Assembly (NCBI GenBank): GCA_001938485.1
Contig: MQRK01253082.1
Span: forward strand, 1 to 64,000
Reading direction: 5' to 3'
DNA: 64,000 nt
From: Girardia tigrina
Taxonomy: Eukaryota
The notes beneath the pieces were generated by a model that saw only the letters and a program-made list of their open reading frames with translations, did not search any database and was not told where the DNA came from. A program made the translations under genes and the position numbers. The first letter of the stretch is position 1; each line of letters starts with the position of its first letter. This document shows positions 39,789-53,226 of this stretch, piece after piece.

Positions 39789-40664
39789 TTAAAAAGAAAA
39801 GGATTTTATTTCAAAAATAATCATGAAAATTTATCTTTATAAATCTTTCAAACAGTCACATCTTTAAATCATTTACCTAAAAAGACAACTTTAATAGTTA
39901 CAAAAAATTTCCATATCTTTCTAACACTGTACATAATCGGATTCGATTAACTGAGTTTTTTCTATCTCATTCTCATAAATGTCATTAATAACGTCCGTAA
40001 TTTTGACTTTTAAATTATCCTTTCTTCGATATTTTTTCCATCGAAGACTCTGTCTGATCTTATTTACCAACAGTTTTCGACTATATTCAAGCCTTGATTT
40101 TATATGGCCACTGAAGTATATTGATATTATTTGAAGACATAAATTCTTGACTATTCTACTTTTGTGAACACAAGTATTATCTTCCTGTGAACTTGAAATT
40201 ATGTACCGCACACTTCTCTAAAATTTAAATGTAACGAATAGAATTTGAATTTCCTTCAACGAATCCATAGGAGAGAAGACCATAGACATGGCCATCATTC
40301 AGGTCATAATAGTTCAACCTTTACTATGTCATTTATTTCGTTTTTGAAATCATTTTACAACATAAGAATTATGAGAATATCGAGTGAAAAGTGTTTTTTA
40401 GAGAATTTTATACTTTTCATTGATGATTTTCCGAAATCCATGTTTTTTTATTATTTTCATTCTTTTCTACTTATAATTCATTGACAAGTTAATTTGTTTT
40501 ACAGAATTTTTACACATAATCAGTATATTTCTAGTAACACCGTATTTTTCTTACAAATACTCTAACCACAAATTTTTTATACTTAGTTCATTCACATTTT
40601 CATGATCTCAATTTATATTGTTAATTTTTATTTTTAATTCAAAATGATGTTTTTGTCTGCATTT

Positions 40665-41421
40665 TGAAATCTCGTTATAAGCCTTAGGCTTAGTAGAGAA
40701 AAAAGTTTTTTTCAGCTTGGTAGAGGCTTAGTAAAAAATAGAGACTTAGTAAAGAAATTAGAAAAATTAATTAAAAATCGTTTTTATTTTAATATTAAAA
40801 CTTAAATCTGATCTTTATCATCATCTTCTTCATCACTTCCAAAGTTTCTCTCAGCCGTTAAAATGTCAATGCGTTGATCACAAATTTCTTCATCATTAGT
40901 TTCCATGTCATCATCGTTATCATGTGGGTCTTCTTCATCTTTAGATTCACACTTAATAACCGTTCCAGACACTGGATGACCTTCTTTAGGCTGTGCAGCA
41001 ATCCAGGTCTTCATATGTGCCTCTATTGCTGGGTATTTTGCTGATCTTTTTCGTTTGACAACATTTCCTTCCTTCTTTATCGCAGCTTCCATTTCTACTT
41101 CTTGTTTTTTCCATCGCCCAATTTGACTAATGTTTACTCTAAAGGGCTCAGCAGCTTTTACTAGAGAATTATCGACTGCAAACTTGACAGCTTCGAGCTT
41201 GTAATTCAACGTATAAAACTGTCGTTTTTGTGATGACATTTTAATTACCCTAAACTTTTTAAATTAATTATTCAATAACATGGATTTTATATTAAAAATT
41301 AATTGCGAAATAAAAATTCAGGTAGCGGCTTAGTAAAGAAATTAGAAAAATTATAATGACCGAAATTATTTACTAAGCCTCAGGCTTAGTAACTAGTAGA
41401 GACTTATAACGAGATTTCAGG
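40665..41421 (-). mobile_element. pogo-family deletion derivative
   Basis: TIRs TGAAATCTCGTTATAAG and CTTATAACGAGATTTCAGG|TA. Repeated GGCTTAGTAAAGAAATTAG subterminal motifs. Confidence 0.85.
40802..41239 (-). CDS. Truncated pogo transposase: Brinker-type DNA-binding domain, partial CENP-B HTH and acidic tail, no DDE domain
   Basis: Open ATG-to-TAA 145 aa: RQFYTLNYKLEAVKFA...AAEPFRV...RWKKQ and KYPAIEAHMKTWI, fused in frame to a D/E-rich tail. Expression unknown. Confidence 0.55.
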   Translation of the reverse strand: MSSQKRQFYTLNYKLEAVKFAVDNSLVKAAEPFRVNISQIGRWKKQEVEMEAAIKKEGNVVKRKRSAKYPAIEAHMKTWIAAQPKEGHPVSGTVIKCESKDEEDPHDNDDDMETNDEEICDQRIDILTAERNFGSDEEDDDKDQI

Positions 41422-43171
41422 TAACACTTTGTTTATTTCTATTTGATAGTAGCACAAATTTATTGCTGAGTTACCAAAAATATCAAATCTTCGAGGAATT
41501 AATTTAATACATGGAATGAATTTATTTTTAGTTACATTTCCAAAAATTAATTGTGTCGAAATATGTTATCAAATGTAGGTTTTAAAATAAATTAATTTAT
41601 ATCCATTATAAAATTTGAAATTTATAACAACTGTTTTAAAAAAATTATTTCCACCAATATATCATTTGTTTATGGAGTATTCTGGTTACAACAAAGTTTC
41701 TTTAAGCGATACATTAGGATCTATGCTAACATCATTGTTATAGTATCCATTATCACTACCTACCAGCCGTAAATTCTGAAAAATTTGGTATTGGACATTT
41801 AATAATTTATGGTGATATCCAAAATCAATTTTCAATGGAAGTTTTCAATACGCCGCACACTTTAGTGAAAATATTTTTATTGTTTTTCAAAGATTCAGTG
41901 TCAGTAAAACTGCCAAAGTAGAAAACCTCACGAAAATAGTCCGTAATGGTGCTGGATTTGACCGGGTCTACTATATCGTCATGAAATATTATTGCATCCA
42001 TAAGATTAACCCTAGATAGATAACCCACATCTCAGAGGCACCCGCGTCGTAAGCATATCGGTATCTCTTTTTCATCGGTGCGTGAATTTAGCTGTGACAT
42101 TCAGTCAACTCAGTCGTCAGTGTGCCGTGTTAAAGAATAGAATTTTAGAAATTATGACTATTTGATAAGCTCGCAAAGCGTATGGTGATCTTTACAGGAC
42201 GTAGTCATAGGGTTATCTTTCTAGGGTTAAAAAAGCAATCGATATTCTCAGTATGAGTCCTGATGAGCTCTAATACATGTTTTCTTCGGTAAATGTACAG
42301 CTTGTTGATTAAGCCAAAACCGCTGTGATCCCAATAACAATACATGAATCAATTTAAAAAATAACACCTGAATGATAATTTAATCATTTTTTGCAAAAAA
42401 CGAAATTTAAAAATTTCCGAATAAATATTCCGTATTTATATATATAAAATGAAAATAATTAAATTCAAATTTGTATTTCTTTATTTTTGACATAACCTAT
42501 GACATTTTTACATTGTTTTTAAATTGTAATTTATTTCCTTTTATCTTTGTAATGAGAAAATTTCTTAAAAATATTGATTTGCTGGACTCATGATGTCTCG
42601 GAATTAAAATAAATTCTATTTATATCTGTTAAATAATGTTTATTTATATTTCAAGACTCCCTCCGCCCATGTTCCAAGACAATCAAACTTTATCAAGTTT
42701 TATGATCCAGAAACTTTGAATTGTTCTTTTAATATTTTTAATATTAATATTTTTAATATAATTAATATTTTTTTAATTTTAAGAAGTTATCGCTGAATTG
42801 TTCATACTTTGTTTATATATATATATATATACATATGTATATATATATATATACATATTTTATATTAAAATAACTTTAAGAGAAAATTAAATATAAAATA
42901 TATAAAAAAATAATTTAATAAAACTAAGTTTTAAAAGTTTAAATTTATTTAGGTTATTATTATTTTGGTCAATGGCTCATTTTGGGTCTAGATTGTCAAG
43001 GGTGTACCAGAATTGGTGCTGATCAATGGTAAGAGTCGATTGGCTCGTTTTGATTGGTCAACTAATCAGAACGAGCTTCACTGGAACTTTAAAATCACTT
43101 TGAGAAAATCAATTTACAAATAAAGATTTTTGTTTCACTCCACCTCCAATAACGATCATTTTTACCAAATA

Positions 43172-45422
43172 CATTCGACTCCGGATAACTCGATATAATT
43201 AGGACTTACGAAACTTAAAGAGTTAAGCGAATATTGAGATAAGCGAACAACAATATATTTCCCTTTCCCGATATCCATGTGTGAGAAAAATCAGTAATTC
43301 TTCTGAAGAGGCATGATAAACTACAGAATGTATTATCTACAGAGGTTGATGTCTACAGTAATAAGTGTTAAAAAGCAATGATAAACAAATAATAATTTAT
43401 ACTAGGTTTCAACAACAAATTTTAAAAGTATAAATACAACAAAAGCGATAAATAAAATTAGTCCTATATTCAATTAATTCACTTCACATTTTTAATGAGC
43501 AGCTCAGACATTATAAGTACTGAGTAATTAATGTTTACTTCACTGTAGCATAGGTAGATTCCTCGACAAAGTTTAGAAGTCCACGAACCATGTTCACTTG
43601 ATCTGTCGTTGCATCAACCGACTGCAGAACGAATCTGTGATGTTTTCTGGATGCCAGCAGCGCTTCTTTTAATGACACATTGGGATAGATGTCATCATCA
43701 TTGTTACTGCTTCCATCATCACTAACTTATAGCAGTAACTTGTGATAGTTAGAAAACTGCTTCAGTATATCACCGTCAGTGATTTCTCATGTCACCTGGA
43801 CGTCATCATCAACAGTGAGGAACTACTCAGTACCAACGTTTCCATGAATACTTAATAGAGTATGAAGTCTAGTGAAAATGTTCTCGAAGCCATTATTATC
43901 TTCTTAAGGGTCAGGATCACGTTTCTCTCTATCAGTGAAGCCAGCCTCACGAAAATAGGAAATATTCTCATTGTGTGATCTGAGAGGCTTTAAAGCAAGT
44001 TTTCTACGGTAAATGTGCTTAACGTTCTTGATAATGCCGCAGTCCATCGACTGAGTGCGTGCTGTTTTATCTGCAGGGAGGAAGTGAAGCTCGGTGTGTT
44101 TCAAATCCCTGATGTGAGGGTTAGCAGGACAATTGTCAGTGATTAGAGCTACATGTCTTGACAAGATGTATTCCCCTCGTTGAAGCCATTCTCGGAAGAT
44201 TGTTCAAATTATCCAGGATTCCGAATTAGCCATGTACCTCACTGGTAAATGGTGAACGTTGCAAAAGCTGCTGAGATTGCTAAATTTACCTATGACAAGA
44301 AATGGGAGTTTCTCCCCTTTCATTGATGCACATACAAGTATGTTCACTTGCTCCTTGGATTTTTTTCCCGTGTGCATCTTTTCTGTACTTGCGTAGAATA
44401 TCTCACAGATGGTTCTCCTTCCAATCCGAGACCATTTCATTGTTTATATATCTTGCCTCACCTGACATGACCTTTAACAGAATGCAATGCCGACTTTTAC
44501 AACGGTTGATCAAGGACATCGTTATTCCATTCTCGTCCATTTTTTATAGGCTCAGCTTTGTCGCAAATTCAGTGACCTTAGTCTGCAGTATCTCCTCTTC
44601 CAAACACAGACCAGCGTCACCTTTTTACTTGAACAACATTAGCAAAGCGGCATCTACATTTTCGTTGATCGAAGGACGACTTCTCTTCCTCTTTAGTGTC
44701 GAGTCCATGTTCTGATACTCTTCAATGATTTACTTCTTTATTACTCAGGTAAGTTGACAATGTAGACTGCTTTGATCCGAATTTGAAACACACATCCTTT
44801 TGTTTCCAGTAGGATTGGAGATGACGAATGGAACAATCTCATACTTTTCTGCAATGGCTTTGCTGCTGCACGATCTATTAAAGCTACATGTTTTTGATGC
44901 GATACTTTCAGTGTTAGAGGCACGAATATTTTAAACTAAAAGTGAATTAATTATTGTATTGTATTACCATTTGTTCGAGATAAAATCGAAATCTTTTAGT
45001 TTTTCAACAAACTTGTAATAAAACAATGACATTTTTATATAAAATGTTGTTTTTATTTAACGAAGACAGATTTTCAAATTTCAAAAAGTTTGAATTATTC
45101 AAATATACAATGATCAACACTTAAACAAAATGTAATTTTTTAATTTCACAACATATTACATTAATTAAATATTACATGTATTTTTTTAAAACTTAATAAA
45201 TTCACATAAAAAATCGAAAATTATGTTTCTCAACTGGCCCTGCTTTTGCATTTTTATTGTGAATATCGAGTTATGCGAATATTTATACAGATTCAGATTG
45301 TATCGAGTAAAGCGGTTTATCGAGTTATCCGGTGTTACTGCAACGTAAATGCATGCACTCTCAGCCGGAACCACCACAACATATCTAGTAAACCGGATTA
45401 TCGAGTTATCCGGAGTCGACTG
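43172..45422 (-). mobile_element. Tigger/TIGD-type element, full length, decayed
   Basis: TA|CATTCGACTCCGGATAACTCGAT and TCGAGTTATCCGGAGTCGACTG|TA. Motifs GKKSKEQVNILVCASMKGEKL, LITDNCPANP and FLPADKTARTQSMDCGIIK. Confidence 0.93.
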
Positions 45423-45682
45423 TATTTTGACTACGAATATATTGCTTATATTTTTCATTATTTTTTAAAGTATTTTGATTACAAATTAGATTGTGGAAAC
45501 TTTGTTTTATAAACATGACTATAATATTCAAGTTCAACTATGACGATACTAATTTTAAATTAACAAATTAATATAAAATTATATCAGTCGATATAGACTA
45601 TAATAACTGAGTACGCATCATTCGGGCGTAGCTATTTTGGCACTACCATTTTAGCGCCGCCGTTCACAAGTCAGAATTTGAA

Positions 45683-48197
45683 CACACTCTACTCCGGCTA
45701 AACCGAACACGAAAATTTGCCCTACGTTTTCTAATAAAATTTTCGCTGGGTAAATCGAAAAGTTTTCAGATATCCAGGATCCCCGACAATATTTCAATCC
45801 CGAAATCCCAGGATTAAAATGCTAGAGATCCCCATATTTCGGGATTTAAGGAAAATTTGTTTCCATAGAGATATAAAATTATAAAAAAATTGATTACTTT
45901 TTAAATTTGAATTTTTACTTTATGGTAAAAAAATCCATTACCATATATAATTTAATACTATCATTTATAATTTATAACTGCTTTATAACTGATTAATATG
46001 GATATTTTTCCAAAAAGTCGGTAATAAAATTTAAAAAGTGATCAATTTTAAAAGGATAACTTTAAAATATCAGATGGATGCACCATGACACTCAAAGACG
46101 GGCGACTGGTAGGAGCAAATCAACAGGTATATCTTGAACATGGAATTCATTTGGCTGTTCTGGACACACTGAGCAATAATATAACATAGTTCCACTAAGC
46201 TGAAATTGAAAATGAGGTCGATCCAATGTGGAAAGAAGCAAGTGATGAAGATATTACACATAGAGGATGAATCATGTTGTTGCTTGCAAATAGGTAAGCA
46301 ATATGCTGGCTATTCTACTTCCTCTGAAAAAAAATTAGAGGAAGTAATTGGGAAAGCTAAAAGAATAGTGAAAATGTTCACACGATCTCCTATGAAAAAC
46401 GAAATTTCGCAATCATATATCATAGCTAACTCTTCGAAGGAGGTGAAGCTGATTTTAGATTCTAAAATCCGTTGAAGTACCATAGCAGACATGCTCTCCC
46501 GGCTCCAGCCTTGCAATAGACTTTAATTGATATGAAAATTACATATGCTTTCACCGATATGATGTCAAATATTTCTGTAAAGCTGAAACCTCTGCGCGTA
46601 GCCGTTGAGGCTCTCTGTCGCAATGATGCAAATACCTTGACTGCATAAGCAATTGTGACGTTTACACTTGAAGAGCTACTCCAGTAGTCAACAATCCTGA
46701 GTTAGCATTTTGAATCTTCTCTGAGATGAAGAATAAATGATGAAAAAATAACAGATGCAACCCACTAATTCACTATCTTTGTGATTCCATGGCTGGAGTT
46801 ATTAAAAGATTAATTGTGAAGACATTTTGTTAAAAAAAAGTCTATGCGTCTCAATGACTATCCAAAGGAAACTATCATCGAAACTGAAATAAATCAGATA
46901 ATTCCGCAGATTTCAATTGAAGAGAGATTGAAAGAAACTATCTTGATGTCAACGAAGCCAAAAACGACGATTTTATAAACTAATTTGATGTGTCTCATTG
47001 ATAAGAAGCTTATCCTTGCATAGCAAGTTGGGATAAGAGGATATTTTATGGACTTGGTCTATAATTATCTTCTCACTGTTCCGCCAGCTTCCGTTGAAGC
47101 CTCTGTGGGATATTTCTGTACAACGCTGCACCCTAATCTAAATGATAAGACATTTGACAAACTTTGTTTCTTGCATTATCATTATAAATCTTTGCAAATT
47201 ATGATACCACCAAGTGCGAAATATGTTTATATTGTGTTGCGATTTTGGCAAATGTTTGTAAATTAAATATTTTGTTAAATGTTATTCATTTAACATATGA
47301 TATTGAGTTTATAATAAATATTTTTAAATTAAATTTATTACTGAATAAGTATTATTCGTCTAAACAAAAAAGGGCAGTTTGATTAGTGAGTGTCTGATTG
47401 TCTAAACGACAATACGAAATGAAAACCAGGTATAAATATATCAATCGCGGGATTGTAACATTGACCTGGATTGCCAGCCCTACCGAAAACCGAACCACTT
47501 TATGTGAAAGGACACAATAAATAGATTGTACTTTTATTCGCCTAATCCGTACAGTAAAAACATTGACTTAAAGTACGATATATATATATATATATTATGC
47601 AATAAAGCAAAGTATTTTTTAAGTCAATTTATTCATATGCGTTATTATAAAAAAAATTTAGGTGCTAAACATGTTTTTTTTCGTATGGGGAATAACTTTT
47701 GTTAGGTCTATTATGTCGATTTTCTTTTTTAGGGACTTATTATAAATTTATACGTATTTAGTACTACCATTTATGATAAAAATGACTATTGCGACTACGG
47801 CACTATGGATAATGATGTCGACGTCCCAGTGGGTTTCACCAAATTATTGAAACCCATGGAAGGTATCAAACTGATTTAACAAATACAATATTTGGTGGCC
47901 ACAATCTCTCTTGACGAATCTTCGCATCGAAAGTGTGAAAGGATGACACATATTGTCTGAATAAGTTCACCAGAATCAACGACAGGCTTTAATTACTGAA
48001 TATTTTAAGTAAAAAATTACAATTCTATTCTTACTTTGTTAAATTTGTTTTGAATAGCACTGTCATTTGTTTGAATTTGACAGTCTCTTTTTTAATTCGA
48101 AGTTATTCGGATTACCCAATTTCCAGCTAAGCCGAATATCAGCTATTCTGAAAGTTTTTCTGTGAATTTTGAGTGTTTGGATTAGCCAGAGTAGATT
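45683..48197. mobile_element. Non-autonomous Tc1/pogo-type element hosting a hAT relic
   Basis: Degenerate inverted ends CTCTACTCCGGCTAAACCGAAC and GTTTGGATTAGCCAGAGTAGA. Confidence 0.5.
45770..47482 (+). mobile_element. Decayed hAT (hobo/Tip-like) element
   Basis: ATCCCG and CGGGAT subterminal repeats. Right end GGATTGCCAGCCCTA. Remnants IVKMFTRSPMKN...LILDSKIR(W) and LLTVPPASVEA. Confidence 0.75.
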
Positions 48198-48741
48198 ATA
48201 TATAATAGCTCAAGCGTTTTAATAGAATTAAAAAAACTTAATCTTATTACTAAAGCGTTACATTAATTAATTCAATGGGACATAAATTATTTTGTTTTGC
48301 TGAAATAGAAGTTAAACATTAAAGTAAAAACAAGTAACATAAAATATTTATATTACTTAAAATATGTCAAGGCTTTAACTCAATACTTTAAATGAAATGC
48401 AACTTTATGAAAGAAATAAACATGTTTTTACATCAAAAAAGTTTGAGATAAACCTCTCAATATTCTATAATTTTCATCAACTTCAAGATAATTAGATCTT
48501 TTGTGGCTGGGTTGATTTCCTCTCCTAAAACTCTCAAATACTTGGTTACGGTTTAAAACAATTTTTAACTCATCAATTAGTTTCTACATTGTTGGACGTG
48601 ATACTACTAATTCTGATTGTTGATATCTATGAGCAGGTTCAGGATAATTATTAGAACGGTTTTTTTAAGTACGCTGGTAATTTTATTACAATTGATAAAA
48701 TGACTGATTAAATCCAAATTTTATTAGTTTACAGATTTGAC

Positions 48742-49935
48742 GAAGTTTATACTGACATGTGTGCAAATTTATACTGACATTATTACTTTTGTTCAAATAA
48801 ATTTTACCATCCCTTCGTAGAATGCCAAGGCCAGAAAGAAAAACAATCACCACATATTTGAGAGATCTTGTTATTTCCATGTTCAGCTCAGAAAAATATA
48901 CTCAAGACCAAGTTTTACATGCCTGCTCCCTCCATCAAACAACGGTTAAAGAAATAATAGAAGATAATAAATCAGATATACCGTTTGTGAACAAAGATAT
49001 ACATGACACAAAGAAACCCTTTCAACTCAGAAGCTGAGAAACATCTTTTAATGCTGTTGCAGTAAATAATTTGTGATTCAAGAACTTAAAGAGTAAGGAA
49101 AAAGAGTATTGGAAAGTTCCAATATTTCCATTCTCGATCTACAAAATCTACAAAAAATTAAAGAAAATCGTAATTACTTAGAAACGTTTGGCTTTAGTTC
49201 CTATAAAAACAAACATCCTAAAGAATAGAAAGGAAAAAAATTTATTCCGATGAAAAACTAGGTTTTCTTGATGAAAGTGGGTTTAATTAGCATTAGCATA
49301 CCAGATAAAAAAATTTTATAGTTCACGAAATAAAAAAAAACATAAATGTCCCAGCCAAAGGAAATGTAAATAGAAGCTTCTTGTGAGTCATAAGTAAAGA
49401 CGAACCAGTTGCTTTCAATTTTAAAAAGTAGCATTTATTTCATCTTCATTTATTTCAATAGACTTTACCAAAGCTGATCTTGTTATCTATTTTCAAATCC
49501 ACCCCAAAGTATTTTGATAATAGATAAAGCTCGATTTTATAAGATAAAAGTCAAGTGTATTTTATATAGATATCATTTCATCTAAAAGTTTTGAACATCT
49601 CATTCTCCATCGAAGAATTTTTTTCAATGATCAAAGCGAGATTTCAGACAATGTAGGCAAAGAAGACTAAAGAAGCTTCTAACATCTTAAAATTATTATT
49701 CTAAACAATGTCACAATTTCTATAGAAATAGTAGTGTAGATGGAAAAAAGTAAGAAAAGAAAAACATTTAATTAAAAATATTCTTTTAATATTCTTTGTT
49801 AGATGTATTATTTTAAAATTTAAATTTTGAATTTTAACTTTTGAATTTCTAATGTCAACATAAACTTGCATATATTTATTCCGATTTAAGCATACATGTC
49901 AGTATAAATTTACACCAATCTCAGTATAAACTTGC
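48742..49935 (+). mobile_element. Decayed IS630/Tc1-like (DDE_3) element
   Basis: Inverted subterminal repeats TTTATACTGACAT and ATGTCAGTATAAA. Remnants VFLDESGFN, IDKARF and PIEEFFSMIK. Confidence 0.75.
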
Positions 49936-50724
49936 TATTAAGAACATTTAGACAGGTCGCGTTTGAACTTTTATGACAAGCACATTTACAGTCATTATGA
50001 CTCTCAGAAAGTCTTTCATCGTTTGTCATCATTCTAATTGGTTTTCTAATTTTCATTTTTAATCATGATTATTCGAACAATTTTTCTAGGTTATTTTTTT
50101 AAATATATTAATTAAAAATAATAAATTTTACCATATCCCAATAAATTTCAAAATAATTAAAATGTCATCAAATTATTAAAAATACATTTAATTTAAATTT
50201 TACTAAAAAATATTAAACTTAATTTTAATTGTGAAACTAAAAATATGAACTTATAAATTGATTATTTTAATTATGTTCGAATAGTCAATCACTTTAAATT
50301 TAAATAAAAAATACCAATTTCCATATGGGTGGGAGAATCACCATTCTAAATTCAACGTACTTAAATCAACATACAGCATTCATACATTTACACATTTAAA
50401 CAATTTAAAATATGCCTCACATCCCCCTCGGTTTAAATGGCTTTAGCCATTCTACATTCCTGATCAAAATCGTGCCGTCATGTAGTTTTATCTCATAACT
50501 TCTTTCGTGTATTTGCTTTATAATTTTAGCTGGTCCCATATAGTGGTCGTCATCTTTTGATGAGTTAACTTTCTTTATCAATACTTTATCTCCGACCTAA
50601 CATATTCGCTTTCTTTCAATAGGATTTTTATTTTCTTTTTCTCCACTTTTATTTTCTTTTGTGTTTTTCCACAAATTTCTGAGTTTTCTTCCGAATATTA
50701 TCTCAGCTGGAGATATTCTAGTTG

Positions 50725-50829
50725 TGGCTTGAGTTGTACCGTTTAACATGAATTCTATTTCTGCCAACATTTCAACATGGCTTGAGTTGTACCGTTTAAC
50801 ATGAATTCTATTTCTGCCAACATTTCAAC
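50725..50829. repeat. 53-bp tandem duplication inside the integrase
   Basis: TGGCTTGAGTTGTACC...CATTTCAAC at 50725 and 50778. Confidence 0.95.
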
Positions 50830-51377
50830 CCAATGCATTTCATCCTTTAATCTTATATCGATGGCGTCTCTTATTGTTCTGAATTGTCTTTCTATGATCC
50901 CGTTAGTGTTGTGGTGATAAGAGCTTGAGTAGACTATCGCCGTCCTAAATTTATTCGTCGTTTCTTTAAAGAGTACTGATTCGAAAGTTTTCCCTCTATC
51001 AACGTCTCTCTTTTGGTGATCCGAACTTCCAAATCCATTTCTCTAATAGCACCTTTTGTGTAGTCTTCTCGTCTTGGTGTGCCACTGCGGTCAAGCTGAT
51101 GTACCTACTAAATTGATCGATTATTGTTAAAATGTATTGACATCCATTCATAGTCCTTCTGAATGGTCCGCAAAATTCCATGTAAATTTGTTGAAATGGT
51201 TCGTCGGCAGATTGTCTGTGTGTCTCTTTCGTTTTGCTGTCAACGTCTTCCTTTTCTGGCAGTTTTCGTAACTTAGTACGATTTTCTTTATCTGTTGTCT
51301 TATTTCATACATATCAAAATCATCTTTTATGTAATTGAATACTTTCTAACTTCCTGCATGGCATAACATTTTATGTA

Positions 51378-53226
51378 CACTACCGTGCTAATTAGTTGGG
51401 ACACTTCGTTTTTCGGTGAAAACTCAGCAACCATCAATCTGATTTTAATGAAATCAACAACCAAGGTGTTAATTGAGTAGAATATTATACTCGCAACGTT
51501 TGGTTAAGATATCTTTAACACAACGAAAGATTCGACTTTTTTTAATGAAAACACCCCGTGCAAAATACTTGGGACACCATCCATTTTTTGACAATTCTAC
51601 ACTGTACTGTATATTTATCCATCAGAAATAAAACATTTACAAGAGTTTCTTCTTCCAAATTTAATAGTGTGTGTATCCACCATGATTTGTAATGCACTCT
51701 GCAATGCGTGCAGGCATTGACGTTGCTAGTTTTTAACAAATTGTTACAGTAGAAACATCTTGCCATTGCTTCAACATTTCAGCCACCACAGACTGACATC
51801 AAGAAGTGGAAAACGACGTACATTATTTTTTATGATACCCCACAGATTCTCTATGGGGTTGAGATCAGGTAAATAAGGTGGCCAATCTAAAATGTTGATG
51901 TTATTGGATTGAAAAAAAGCCATAGTGGCGCGAGACTTGTGGCAGGGAGCATTATCCTGTTGGAATATGCCACTGCCATCCTGGTACTGAGCTTGAATGT
52001 GGAGTAGCATGTTATCCTGTACAGTCTGAATGTAATTACCACTCTTCATATTTATAATCAATGTTGATCAAAGGGCCTGGACCAGCGGCGGAAAAGCATC
52101 CCCAGGAGAGGACTCTTTGGACAAACGCTCAATGAGTCATCGTATGTTCGTCGCGAATCCTTTCATCTGATATACGGCGGACAAATCGAGACTGAGCAAC
52201 ACCGACATGCACGTACGTTTCATCCGAGAACAAAACCTAATGAAAATAAACATAAAAATACAAAATAATGTTAATTTTGGAGTCTTTATTTACGATTATA
52301 CTGCTTTTTAGTTTACTTTTCGCCAATTTTCAGCTGTGCAGTGCTGATATTGACGATACCATTGCACGCGCACAGCCTTTTGATGGGGGGTGAGAAAAAG
52401 ACTCTTCATATGCCTATAGGCCAGTTTCCCATGCTTTCGTAGAGTTCTTTTAATTGCGTCAACGTATACACGGATATTTCCACACACACAAGCTTGTAGC
52501 TCTCGGGCAGTGGCTTGAGGATTCATTGTGCTGGCTCGGTAGACACTCCTCTCATACCTTATGGTCAATAAATTAGGACGACCACATCTTCCACGACGTC
52601 TGAACGAAATTTACCCAGTGTTTGAATATCATTTGATAATATTTCCAATGGTTGACTTTGGTAGATTGAGGTTTCTTGTAATTTTTCTGATGGATAAACC
52701 ACTCATATGATGCTCAACTGCAACTTTTCTAATGTTTTCAGCCACATCCATGGTATCCAACGGACGTATAAGTATAAACAGACTTGATTCAGAAGAAAAT
52801 AATCACATTACTTTATTATGTGCATTTATATAGAGCGGGTGACTGATGTCAATGCTGAAGAATGTGATTGGTTCATATACACACATCAGTCAAACATAGT
52901 CAACCTTCGCACAACGTAAAGCTTATTAAAACACGACAAAATACACGACCTGTGTACACTGACAAGAAAACTTTCAAAGGAGATGTCAATTTATGGATTT
53001 ACATCAATGTTTCGCACTTGAAAAGTGATGTCCCCAGTAATTTGCACGAGGTGTTTTCATTAAAAAGGTCGAATCTTTCGTTGTGTTAAAGATATCTTAA
53101 CCAAACGTTGTGAGTATAATATTCTACTCAATTAACACCTTGGTTGTTGATTTCATTAAAATCAGATTGATGGTTGCTGAGTTTTCACCGAAAAACGAAG
53201 TGTCCCAACTAATTTGCACGGTAGTG
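51378..53226 (-). mobile_element. IR/DR-type Tc1 element with about 200-bp TIRs and an intron-containing transposase, inserted in the gypsy
   Basis: TA|CACTACCGTGC...GGGACAC and its nearly identical inverse ending GTAGTG|TA. Inner direct repeat CCGTGCAAA...GGGACA. Motifs WRK|VLFSDE, FQQDNAPCH and WPPYLPDLNPIENLW. Confidence 0.97.

Larger units (their letters stand above)
37260..42030 (-). pseudogene. Ancient gypsy pol relic, interrupted by piggyBac and pogo elements
   Basis: ORF 37496..37792 (EAFVMTGINICPPL...GNIFLSLISRFVK) resembles integrase PFExIGIDxxGPL...GNKYILVxxDxFTK. SGH remnant in 39921..40211. Extent is uncertain. Confidence 0.45.

Noticed and set aside
42255-42295. Additional hammerheads at CTGATGA (also near 56981)
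   Set aside because: No helix II followed by GAAA at a suitable distance.
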